A stretch of 62,921 nt of DNA, filler included, from Choristocarpus tenellus KU-1152 (taxonomy: Eukaryota; Protista; Phaeophyceae): the NCBI GenBank assembly GCA_964200185.2. It is 10 parts of 10 records of this genome, joined end to end, with 100 filler letters (N's around TTAATTAATTAA, not from the genome) between each part and the next. Parts side by side here need not be neighbours in the genome. Positions count along the whole stretch, not along the records: positions 21,960 to 31,433 come from CAXNAD020003650.1; positions 31,534 to 36,126 come from CAXNAD020013869.1; positions 36,227 to 39,114 come from CAXNAD020023908.1; positions 39,215 to 49,509 come from CAXNAD020003010.1; 6 more parts are not named here. One strand, written 5' to 3'. Position 1 is the first letter of the stretch, and every line of letters begins with the position of its first letter. Shown piece by piece: positions 27,490-39,544 of the stretch. Under the pieces are notes generated by a model. It ran no database searches. It was not told where the DNA came from and saw only the letters and a program-made list of their open reading frames with translations. The translations under genes and the position numbers were made by a program.

Positions 27490-27850
27490 TCGTCGTGGTG
27501 GTGGAGGTGATGGTACTGCAACCTTAGCTGCTCCTTGGTGTGGCATATGTTAGCCATTACGGCTTCCTTGGAATGCCATTCGACCATGTATCTCGCTCTC
27601 CTGCTAGCATCTCATTCATACCACTCCTGTTGGTTAGTGACCTTCATACTCCTTCCCGCAACTCCAACCTCAAATTTGTCCGCCAGTTCTTCTATGTTGC
27701 TTCTGTTTTCCATTCACAACCTCCCCCACATCAATATCTTGGGAGGTCGCTCATCCCCCATGCAACATCTGACCAAGCAAATACGTGTGTGGAGAGGGCT
27801 GGTGATCAACATGAAGACTACAGGCTTCCCGTTTCTGTTGTAATATGCCC
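27490..27850 (-). mobile_element. LINE (RTE-like) 3' remnant
   Basis: MGDERPPKILMWG..QEWYE..RYMVEWH, followed by a CCA microsatellite tail. Confidence 0.6.
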
Positions 27851-28989
27851 TAATGTTGGTGGAAATTTGGTATGGTTCTGTCTTCCCCTCACCATTTGTT
27901 TTATTTTATTTTCTTATCTTCTCTATCTTTATCATGTCACTTCTTTTAATTTATTTTCTTCTCTAGTACTGAGTACTTATGTCTCTAAAAAAAGTGCGTA
28001 TATTACCTTCTACTATGGTTCCTATTTATACATTTTTTGTCACCTTTAGTCTCGTGCTCCTCCACTACCTCCACCTTACCTACCTCCTTGACCCATAGTC
28101 AGATACTAACTTACAAACTACCTGTTGCACTACATCTAATTGGACTTCTCAATGCGTGTCATGATTTTTATTCCGCGTTGGGTTCAGCCATCCCTCTGGT
28201 CGTCACTCCTCCTCCCTCAAATCTGGTCTGTACTCCCTAGTCCACAACGAATCTTTGCCATCACGACCCAGATCTTCCCGCACATCCCCTTGTGGTTAGC
28301 GCAATATAGAAACGTACAAGTGCACTCTTCTAGTGCACTTTCCTCGTGGTCTACCAAAGTCAAATTTTCTGTGAAAAAAAGCTGGCCCCTGCAACCAGGT
28401 TGGAACCATGGCACTCCAGTGACAAAGTGCAGGCGGACAACCGCATGAGCTGCATGGACAACCTAGTTGCCTTCTTTCGAACAGGTTACGAAATATAGAA
28501 TTTCCAGCATCGGCAGAACATTATGAATGTTAAGGGAAATGATTGAATGCATACCTTCATCACTACATGTTCACATAGGTGATACAACTTACAAAATCGT
28601 CAGTTCAATTATTTTTTTTGCCTATACATATTATATCTTGTATGGTGGTATCAATAGCTTGTACCTCTGGGGTTGTCCTGTCCTAACTTTTGATGTAGAG
28701 ATCGGATTTAATAATTGATTGCATAGTGATGATGCCCGTCACAAGGCCCTCTAGAGAAGGGGGCTCGTTCTTTTTTCTTTTGTTTTTAAAGGATCGCTCA
28801 TATTAGGGTTCGAACCCAGTATTGTAGGTCACCAAGAGTGAGAACAGATGTACTATTACTTGATTAAAGTATACCTGGTTAGACCTAACCCTAAACGCCA
28901 GCCAAACGAACGACCAAGGGAATGAATGCTAAATGTAAATGTAACTCTTGTCTCCATCTGCCACCAGGAATTCCGAATGTGCCAGGCGC

Positions 28990-29930
28990 CCATGAGACTT
29001 GCATCTCCTTGTCGGCTTCTGGTCCAATGGCAGTCGTTTTGAAGTAGACAAGATGGTGCATGTACGCCTTCTTGCTTGTTTAAAGCTCAAAGGAAGGTTT
29101 TTTCGGAGTCCATCCAAAGAATAGGTACAATGCTGTCATAGCCAGTGCTTTGCTCGACCCCACACGAGCTCGATGGGGTTGAGCTCACCGTAATAGTTAG
29201 GGAGCATTAGGCATACCCCTCCATACCGCTCAACAAGAACCTGAAGACTAGGAACTACCTCGTTGAAGTCCCTCTGCTCTCCAAGCACATGCAACATGCT
29301 TTTGCTTGGGTCTATATTTTTCTCCCTTCCCCCCGCCCTTCATCATTCCAGGTTCTAAAAGCCCCCTTTCCCACAAAATTTGTCACATCTCCTTAAGCTT
29401 CCCTACATAGTCGATGGCTACCTCCACCTGCTTCATGACCTCGTCAAAGTAAAGGATTTCGTGGTAGTGAAAGGTTTCCGCAGCCGCATTTGTTGCGATA
29501 GCTTTCTCCTCCACCTTACAAGCCCTTTCAACCTTCTTTCGGGCTTCAGAGCCCTTGTACCCGAACCCTAACACCTTCTTTCTCGTTTCCTTAAGCCACT
29601 CCGGCTCGCTTACATAGCTTCCAAACAGCCAGGGCTTGCTGCAACTGTCGACTACTAAGATATTCTACACCCGGGTTTTTGCTTCGCCGTTTCCTGAGTA
29701 CAATGGCACGCAGTCGCACTGTTCTCTTCCCCAACCTTCCCTTCAACCGGCCACCCTTGTTCTCCCTTCGCTCACCATGACCAGGCTTCCCCCACAGACC
29801 TCGTCCCTGTTCCACCTGGTGATGGACTCACCGCTCTCTTCCTGCTTTCCTGAGGCAGCAGAGACTGCGCAGCGGTTGAAGCTCCTACCACGTTTGTGTG
29901 GTAATGCTTTCAATGCATCTTCTCTAAGCG
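28990..29930 (-). pseudogene. Degenerate Tc1/IS630-type DDE transposase
   Basis: VLGEQRDF..CLMLPNYYGELNPIELVWGRAKHWL*QHCTYSLDGLRKNLP. Confidence 0.8.
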
Positions 29931-29933
29931 TCA

Positions 29934-30192
29934 GAGTAAAATTATCTTAGAGAGTACGAGTTTTGCCCTGTTTGCCCGTTTGGGTTTGGCTTCCGTCGAG
30001 GTTTTGATGACATTTTCCTACTCCAAAATATTTCGGAGTAGGTAAAATTTAATCGTTATGAAAAGGTGTGTCCAGAACAAGGATATTGACACTTCCTAAC
30101 AAACACGATATCCAATATTACATCGAAATCGTAACATTGGACTTTGGACCCCAAATGGACGCGGCTCTACCCTCTAAGATATACTTTGACTC
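29934..30192 (-). mobile_element. MITE family A, probably inserted in the Tc1-like relic
   Basis: Reverse complement of family A; flanks TCA/TTA. Confidence 0.85.
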
Positions 30193-31551
30193 TTAGTATC
30201 ACAACCGCGTGGTCCATTGCATGATTTGATTATGCTGCCGCCCCACAGTACATGCACTTTCTCGTCACCTAACATCGCACTGAGTGTCACACGGTACTGT
30301 TTTTCTGTCACCTCTCGACAGAGAAGGTGCCGAGGGTAGATCCAGGGGGCAGAGTGGCCTCGGTGGCTCTCCTTGTCTCACTATCGTGGTCCATGCTGCT
30401 CTGTGAGTCACCGGTGTGTGTGCTCACAGCCTGTCTGCAAATGGCGCTAAAAAGATGTCCGGAAATCTTGCTTTTTTTTTCGCTATTGCCACTAACACAG
30501 TATTTGGACAGGTGCTTAACCCGCATCAGTTTTTTGCGAGGAATTCAGCAAGCCACTTCATTCTTGTACCTTTTGAGGTTGTGACCATCAAAATTGCGCC
30601 AGAGATGTTCCTTGGTGTTTATTCCATTATTTGATCGAGGCATAGTTCCCGTTCACCTAAGTTTGAACATTCGTGCATATAAACCTTACAAACGTCTTAT
30701 CCTAAACTTTCATTTGATATATATTGTTGTATACCTCTTGCGGCAATACAATGAAAAAAGAAAGATTGCTCCAGGTAAGCTATTGGTACCACTTTACCCT
30801 TCTTTCGACAACAGGTCTGGAATCCTCAGTAATTTGAAGAATAGATACTCGGAGTTCTCTCTCCTTTTCCTTTTTTCCTTTTCTTATGTTTTTTTTTATC
30901 AAACCGAAAAGGAAGCCGTATGATTTGTTTGTTGAGTCCTATACTTCGAAGTGTGATAGAAATGCAGTATCTATAAATGTTGTGGAAGTTGTTTGTTGTT
31001 GTGGGCTAACAGAAATACACAGGGGGAGACCCAGCGCCAGTACTATTCTGCAACTTGGTATGACCAGGTGACACCATTACTTTCACGGGAAACCAGTGCT
31101 GAGGTGGAATAGGCATCTTCATCAAGTTAACGATTGAATTGTTTCACCAGGATTTTGAGTACAGGAGGGGAGGGGTCATAAGAACAGTATTATTTATTGC
31201 ACTACGAGTGAGGTATTGAACATGGCGTCAAATGTAACATTCATAATAATAGGATGTCCTGCACATCACGTTGAACCAATAAACGCTCCATCACCATACA
31301 CCTTTTGCATACTGCAAAGGTGCTGTCACTATTGGATACTTTGACCCAAAGTATCTGGGAGGGGGGGGGGTAGGGGAGGACTTTCTTTTATGACGGTCTC
31401 CCCCCCCCCCCCCCCCCCCCCCCCCCTTCTCCCNNNNNNNNNNNNNNNNNNNNNNNNNNNNNNNNNNNNNNNNNNNNTTAATTAATTAANNNNNNNNNNN
31501 NNNNNNNNNNNNNNNNNNNNNNNNNNNNNNNNNCCCCCAGATACTTTGACC

Positions 31552-31778
31552 CTTTGGGGGTCAAAATCCAATGTTGTGATTTTGATGTAATTTTGACTAT
31601 CGTGTTTGTTAGAAAGTGTCGATATCCTTGTTCGGACAGTCCTTTTCATAATGTATACATTTTAACTACTTCGAAACATTTTGGAGTAGGTAAAATATCA
31701 TTTAAAAAAACTGTGGGAAGCAAAGCCCCAAATGGACAAACAGGGAAAAATTCGTACCCTCTAAGATACTTTTAACTC
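31552..31778 (+). mobile_element. MITE family A, 5' end interrupted by family B
   Basis: Similar to other copies; B terminus at 31534-31551. Confidence 0.8.
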
Positions 31779-33134
31779 ATTTGCCAGTTTCTTTAAGGGG
31801 ACATCACTGGATCTTTAACACTGTAGAAGAGCATGTCAATAGATGTTGCACTTGTGAAACTGTTGTGGGGAAGTTCAGGCTGCACGCCAAGGTTCTGGTC
31901 AAGTACCTTTGGCGGATGTGTGTGCGGTGAGGAACGATTTAAGCTGTTCAAGGAGATGCTTCACTTGACAGTGTGTTGCTGTAGCGATATTTTAGTCGAA
32001 GAACACCTCTCACAGGGCCTTTGCCAACAAGACAAATCAATCATTCTCTCATGTTGCTTGGGGTGTCATGTGTACCTCCCTCATTCATCACCTAGGAGAT
32101 CCTAGAAACAGTTCAGCAGAGCTGATAGTCCTGATATACTTCCAACAGTATAGTCACAGTACATCATACAGCCTTACTCTTTCTCTCCTCCTTTCCAGGG
32201 AACAGACAAGACCAGATTACAGGATATACGTAGTCCTGCATCGGATATTGTGTTCTACTATTGTTTGTACCCACTTCATGTTGGTAATTCGATGTATTTG
32301 TAACTGTTAAATGCCTTTGTGGAAAAAGATGCTGTGTTCAAGCAGTGAGAATCTTACTGAAGTAGCGAGCCTATTAGGCGGAAGGACCCCCACATTTGTT
32401 TTTAGTTGTGTTTGTATTGAGCTTACAGAGGGCAATCACTAGTACCAATGGTTAATACGAGTACTATTAATGTTTACTTCTTATTCGAGTTGAAGTAAAT
32501 TAAAACCTTGGAGTCTCTTCCTCCTACTATGACAGTTATGCATTCACTATTTGGGTTGAGAGCTTCTGTAGAGAGCAATTAGGGTGTGGAGTGTCAGCAA
32601 AAAAACTATTTTGGATGTTCTTGACGCACCGAGTTACGCCCTTCGTAATACTGGATTACTTTAATTGCTGTCGTGTATTGGTATTGGTATATAGTTTTAC
32701 TTCATCTGAATAATGTCTGAACAAGATGTTCTACAGGGATGATACGAGGTCTTTCTTCATAAAAAACAAAAATATTTTACCTGTCAGGGACAGGTGGCCC
32801 TTTTGGGGATCTCCTGATACTGATAACGATAATACGTGCGATCTTATTCATTTGCGTGCGTTATCTTTTGCCATTGAGGTCAGACCAAGGGATGCGGTGT
32901 GGGTCAGATGCATGGCCAGGTCACGGTAACCCTGACATGAATGGTGGATTCAAACCAGAGATTGCGTTTTCTGTTCTGACTGGTCACAACCAACCACAGC
33001 GAAGATTGATCCACATTGCACTCTGAGGCTGTCAACATGCACACGGCATGCCTCAGTCCCATATTTTACTTCCTTTTTGAACCTCATCTCTGGTGGTTTT
33101 TATCACTCCCCACCACACAGCACCAGGGCCCTTA

Positions 33135-33243
33135 ACACTCACGCCAGGGCTCGAACCCGGGACCTCGCCTTTATCAGAGTCATTCATGTCGGGGTTACCG
33201 CGAGCCAGTCGTGCATCTGACCCACACATCAATTGGGCTGACC
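33135..33243 (-). mobile_element. tRNA-derived SINE head or pseudo-tRNA; inverted related copy at 32878-32960
   Basis: CTGATAAAGGCGAGGTCCCGGGTTCGAGCCCTGG (box B and T-arm); acceptor stem does not pair. Confidence 0.55.
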
Positions 33244-34233
33244 TCAATGGCAAAAGGTGACGCGCACAAATGTACATGACCGTGTGTATTATCCTCATCA
33301 CTGTCAGCAAAATCCCCAAAAGGCGACCTGTCCCTGACATAGCCATGAATATACGATCCACTGATTCTTCCATCGGAGTAGGAGAGGGAGTAGGAGTTAT
33401 GGGTGGTGTATGTTCGTATTTCATGTTCGTATTTTTGTTGTACCTATCTATCAGTTGGTATTTCTTCTACTATCCCTGCCCAGCCAGAGCCTGATGATGT
33501 GGTTTGGAATGATTGTTATGAAGGCGAAATATTATATTACAAACTTTCCATTCAACCAGAGGGTTTTTACTGTTACACGCCAATGATGGTATTTGTGTCG
33601 GTTACATTTTTTAATTTGTTTATTGATTGAAGGAGGAGTGAAGTGGTAAGAAGATCAAACAATGGTGTAATACAATCAATTCGACTAGTTAATGTGTACA
33701 TCTGTGTGTACTACTTGCCTGAGTACTACATATATATACTCTGTCGCATCATCCAGAGTGGTGCGATTGTGCCCTATCCCTTACTACTTGATATTTAATC
33801 CAGAGTGCAAACGATACTTACCAAGCGATTTCAGCACAACTAACCAATTGGATTCACTTAAAATACTATGTAGTAGTCTTGAGTAGAAACTGGCAAAGCC
33901 AGTGGAATACTCGTCCTTAGATTGCATGTTGTCAAGTCATCTTGTGTGGTGGTTCGTGGTTTGTCGAGGCCTCATAAGAAGCGTTTCAGTTGGTCTCAAT
34001 TCTTGGCAGCATAGTATGTTGCAATCTGTTAGAAGCAAGGGTAGGTAGATATTACGATGTGCATTTCTGTATGAGAATTTGAAAAAGAGACAAAAGACGT
34101 TGAAATTGGAAAAAAAAAAAGGGTAAGTATAGTACGAGCATGATAACGATTTTGTTTTTAGGATTCCATCCACACACCTGTCTTCTCAACGATCCTTCCG
34201 TGCAGTACAAAGATGTACTACCATGACACTCAC

Positions 34234-35785
34234 CTTAGGGTGGGCAAGCACTGCATCATGGTGTGACTTCAGTAGGGGGAAGGCCTCAAGGTACTCTGGT
34301 GGGACATGATCAACGTTATCGAACAGGATTATGTGCACAATACCCATGGCCTGCATCCCACCAGATATTTTGCAGTATGGGAGATGGAGGTAAGACGCTA
34401 ATACAACAAGCGAGATATACTACACGTAGACACTCTACCCCAGACCGGGCAAGGTGGGACATGTACAAAGGATTTGCCATCTAATTTTATCTTACATGCT
34501 CAGCATTCAATTTAAACACATGTTCAAGGATGGGATCAGCATGTTCTTCTTGCCCATAGAGCTGAGAATATTGACTGCATATACCATGTAAATATACCAA
34601 GTGCACCAATGTGTCTACAACGTCTTCAGGTGGTGTATGAGCATGCTTGAACATTGAAGTGTAGATGTAGTGCATCGCAGGCCAATATCAACGGAAAATT
34701 GGTGGCGATAGAGCCAAACAACTAATGCGATGATAAAAGGGAACCTACCACATACCCGAAACGAAATGCACACGCAAATAACACAATTGAGGTCAGTAAT
34801 TCAGGCAACATGAAGTCTGGACCGAGGCCAAGCAAACGATAGGTACCCAGAGCTGCATTTTAAGGATGCCCACAAATATGTGCAAAGTTCGGGCCATACT
34901 TTCAGAATTGTGTCGAAAATTTTCAAGCAATGGAGAAAATCAAGCCTCTCAAGTCAAACTTAGCACCTCATCCATAGAAATACGGGTGAATCGGAAAAGA
35001 TTGAATAACTTACTTATAATGAAAAACGGCCAAAACCTGGGTACCTCTCGTTCCCTAACCCTAACCCTAAGTACGGATTGTGGTATTGTACAAACATGAG
35101 TACACATCATGGTTACTCATTAGGTACAGTAACCGACTAGACCACTTTCATGAAGGGCAAAAAGAAGGATGTTTTGAGAAACGAGAGGATCTTTGACCAC
35201 ACCTATACTCAACAGCAACCATTCAGGTACTAAATGTGGTACGGTGCAATAGTGCAGTCAAATGTGATTCAGGTACTACATGATTGCCCAATATGTGCTG
35301 ATTGGTCAGTGTCCACTCCACACACGCACACCATATCTTACGAGGAAGGAACTCACCGATAAATCAGCGATAGTCAGGCTATCACCAACATACCAACTGC
35401 TCTCACTGGTTGCTTCCAACTGTTTTGTGAGATTGGTCAGTGCATCCAAGAGCGGGCCCGACTTTAGCACTTCTATCATCTCCTTCTGGTTATCCAAGGA
35501 GGAGGGGATGTTGGAAATTTTCAAACGGTCTCGTGTTGACGGATCAGTAGAGATTGGAAGGTTTTGGTGTCGGGATGGGGGATGTTAGAAATTGTATTTG
35601 GAATAGAGTGGCAGACACGGGGGATTACTAGATTTGTACAAAGGGGCAAATGACAGATTATTTAATAAAATAGTAATAATAGATAATATCCACTTTTTTC
35701 TTGCCTTCTTCTCAGGGTCTTTTTCCATCATAGAGGGCCACAGCAAGCCGATGAATTCTGCACCAGATTGAACGATCTCATCAAC
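34234..35785 (-). CDS. Glutathione S-transferase (sigma-like) C-terminal domain; exons 35705-35785, 35357-35485, 34234-34350
   Basis: VDEIVQ..EKDPEKK|KEM..WYVGDSLTIADL|..DHVPPEYLEAFPLLKSHHDAVLAHPK; all three exon lengths are multiples of 3. Confidence 0.85.
34833..35053. mobile_element. MITE family E
   Basis: TIR AAACGATAGGTACCCAG / CTGGGTACCTCTCGTT; second copy at 39706-39931. Confidence 0.7.
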
Positions 35786-36033
35786 CTGAAAATGATGGAC
35801 GATGTTTTTAGGTGGTACACATTAATTCCCTCCATGAGCTGGGTGATGAGTTTGAACAGGGGAAAGACTGTTGTGCTTCTTAGCTGATTGCTTATAGATC
35901 GACATGCACTTTAACCAACAGCTCTGGTAATGCAAAGGCGTGCTTCAGGTCAAGGTTGTCTAGAAGACAAAAGTAGGGTCAAGTTAAGTTCTCCAGGGTA
36001 GGACTTTTGCATAATCATTTGTGGCAATTATTG

Positions 36034-36300
36034 AGACTCAAAGTATCTGGGGGGGGGGAGGGGGGGTAGCGGCTGTCCACTTCGGACCCAATTTTCCATG
36101 TCGCTTTTTTTGGGTGATTTTCCTGCNNNNNNNNNNNNNNNNNNNNNNNNNNNNNNNNNNNNNNNNNNNNTTAATTAATTAANNNNNNNNNNNNNNNNNN
36201 NNNNNNNNNNNNNNNNNNNNNNNNNNTCACCCAAAAATCGTGACATGAAAAAATTGACTCCAAATGGACAGCCGCCACCCCCTCCCAGATACTTTGAGCC
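36034..36300. mobile_element. Family B fragments on both sides of a contig linker
   Basis: CTCAAAGTATCTGGGG..; ..CAGATACTTTGAGCC. Confidence 0.75.
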
Positions 36301-36600
36301 AAATATCGTTCATGCTGTACTCTTTGGAGGTTGTTTCTAAGCTTGCAAACTCGTCAGCTACTTGAGAGTATGACGGTGGAGGAATCGAGAACACTGAAGA
36401 GGCTTCTCCTTTCCTCACGGCCCCCGATGCACTGCCCACTCCCATACACTCATCGTCATCCTCATCACCCGAGCTTTCATTGTCTGACTGGTACAAGGAT
36501 TCCTCGAGCAGCTGGTCTTTCATGTCCTCTGGTATCGCATTGACCACTTCATCATTGTCTTCCACACCAATGCATGTTCTTGTTGCGTCGATGGGAACCT
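36301..36600 (-). pseudogene. Acidic C-terminal fragment resembling a pogo/Tigger transposase tail, cut by family B
   Basis: EDNDEVVNAI..SSGDEDDDE..PPPSYSQVADEFASLE; recognition from memory only. Confidence 0.4.
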
Positions 36601-37959
36601 GAGGCGGTTTTCGTGCAATTTACCTCGGAGGGTATTGCTATTTATCAGTAGTGAAGACAAGAAGGTGTGGAGCCCCACACGGTTCCCCATTGCTGAACGT
36701 GATTACATGGTTGAAAAGAAGAGTGACCTTGTGAGGTGTCTTCTTTTGCTTGTTTCTTTATTATTATTATTTTCAGAACAGTTTAACTGCAATACCAAAC
36801 TCCATAGATAATTCAGATGTGCTATCTCATTAGTGACATGGAATAGCGATTGCTTTTTTTTATTTTTCGAACGCACTCTTGAAACCTGACCTTATCCCCA
36901 ATGGTAGCCCTAGCCCTAACCCCAACCCTAACTTGTGTGTGAAAAAACACTCCAACCACCCAAAGAAACGTTATCGAGGAAGTGGTGCAGCAGTGCAGTG
37001 TGACTGGGGACACAAGGATCCACCACTTTTCCCTCTTTCATACTCATTATTAAAAATATAACCCAAAGCCTGACATGTGCGTGAAAAATTACCCCAAAGC
37101 AATGTTTGAAGAAAATAAAGAAGTATGATAGCGGTGGTCCCCAAGACCCGGGAAATTCCCCAAGGCAGGGGTGTTCTCCTGTTCACTTGAGTAGTCCCCA
37201 GAGACTAATATGAAGAGGATATCCAAGTGATTCCTCCAAGAGTGAGAAGCATGATCGCCTCACAACAGGGAGGTAAGGAGGACTAAGAATCGAGCATGTA
37301 TGGTGCGATCAATGTGGCCTTGTTGCTCGAGAGAGAGGGCGAGAGAGAAAGAGAGAGGGAGAATCAGTTGCAGTGGTCCTAGAGTTGTGGGATAGGAAGA
37401 TCCCTATGCTCTTGCAAAGTGTGCGGTAGAACCGTGGTGGAATACAACTATTCGACCACACAAGATAGGAAATGGCATGGAGAGGAACGAAACCGAATGT
37501 CAGATACAAGTAGTACATAGCTGAGCTGGTTAGATCTCACCCGTGCATGATGGTCGCAAGTGAGATGCGCATAGTTGGCTCTAGCACATGTGTGATATTG
37601 AAAGCTACTACCCGTGACATGAACATACAAGGCACGAGATAGCGAGGAAACGTGCGATACAGAGGATAGCCATTGATGACAATGAGCTAGAGATAGAGCC
37701 GGCTCAATCTGTAGAGTGTCGATATTTTTCCAAGGATTTCTGTCATTTTTACATGTCAGAAAACATGGCGCGCAACAGCACTTCGATAGTATTACTGAAC
37801 GTTCGGACATGTTTCCCCTATTACGCCTATTATCCGTGTGAGAGCATTAGACCTGTTTTTTGTCTATAAAACTTGTCGCCAAGACAACTCTTGGTGGTCA
37901 GTTGCTCTTATTAAAACATAGGCTACTCATCTTTTGTGTGCTTGATACGATCTAAAGTG

Positions 37960-38200
37960 TTACCAGTTCATACTGACTTGTTGATTTGCACATCGGTTCT
38001 GGTCGCTACTCACATTTACATCACTAGCAGCACCTCATCATAGCATTATCAACTACTGTTAGAACATCATGGTGCATAGAAAGTATGGAACAGTCGACAT
38101 CTGTCAAACATACAAGCATAGTATGTGAAATACGAATTGCCCTATATATTGATTCAAATTTGGTTTTTGTTTTCTTTGATTTTCACATCAGAACCATTAG
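37960..38200 (+). repeat. Dispersed repeat D (second copy about 51880-52270)
   Basis: Clear pairwise similarity (GATTTGCACAT..TGTTAGAACAT..GCATAGTATGT). Confidence 0.75.
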
Positions 38201-39215
38201 TCCCGTCTCATATGTTGATTATTATTTTATTTCTTCTCTCGTTATATTTGCCCCCACAAAGGGTTCGAATTCACTCTGCAGTAAGCATACCTCTATACAA
38301 CAGGATGTCATATATTCAGAGTTAAAACATCCGAAGAAACCCTTTACTCAGGAAATGTACTTCCTTTGAGCGCCTCAAGGAATACCCACAACATCTGCAA
38401 AATAACCTCTTGACTATGCATATCATGTTCCTAGGTTCATCAGCATGAATTCACCAGTGCTTCATTGCGCTATGACACCCCTTCATCACAACTAACCTGC
38501 CACCGTACAAGAACAAGGTTAATTCAATCCCCAGGTTTCAACAGGCCTACTACACCCATCGTCCAGAACAACATTTTTAGGCGTTCGCTCAGTTACTATT
38601 TCACGATACAGTCCAATTCCGAAATGATCATTTTCCACATATTACAAGAGTGGTACTATCTACAAGGGGGATGTCGTTGAGTTTTAAGTGTCCCAATGAC
38701 TGCTTTATGTCTAGAGATATATTTTTTGATGTAGTGCACTTCCAGTTTAACGGCAATATAATCATAGCTGATCTTTTCGTTCCACAGCTACATCCTCCTA
38801 CATGGTGGGATTTACTGCATTCCACCCATGGGTCAAGGTGTACACAGTATCTACCCCGATTTTATGCCAAATAGTATGTACCAAACCCCATTTTGTACCA
38901 CTTTTTCGATATGCTAAAAAAAAGGCTTTTGTACCGGAATTCTCGGGCGAAATACCGGAGATATTCACGCGAGCATGGCGCGCGCGTAATAATTTCTCGC
39001 GAAAAGTGCCTTTCTTCCTGAGTCATGACTACACAGCAGTACACAGGGGCTGGATTAAGGCGAACACGCTCGCTCCCCCGAAGCAAGCTGACATGATTCA
39101 GACTTACAGCAAACNNNNNNNNNNNNNNNNNNNNNNNNNNNNNNNNNNNNNNNNNNNNTTAATTAATTAANNNNNNNNNNNNNNNNNNNNNNNNNNNNNN
39201 NNNNNNNNNNNNNNA

Positions 39216-39252
<37 letters not shown>

Positions 39253-39544
39253 GGGGGGGGGGTGAAGGTAAGCGCAACGAGTGCCAACATCACAAGCTAC
39301 GAACAGGAATATACACATTTCCAAGAGATTCCGCCAACTGCTGAGCTAAAGGCTGCCAATCCCCTGTCCAAGAAGGAGAGTTCACTCAACAACCAGAGTG
39401 ATGCCAAAAACACTTGAGAGTGTTTGGGGTTAGGGCTAGGATTTAGGGTGAGGAATGTGTTGCAATTGTTGATGAAGTGATCCACACTTTCACTCATTAG
39501 AAAATAATTATCTCTGTCTGTTTCTCTCATGGGCTCTCACTGAC

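Noticed and set aside
33135-33243. Functional tRNA gene
   Set aside because: Acceptor stem and D-arm do not pair; kept only as a tRNA-derived element
34487-34675. Short ORF ending at a GT inside the GST intron
   Set aside because: Flanking GST exons join in frame without it; no recognisable similarity
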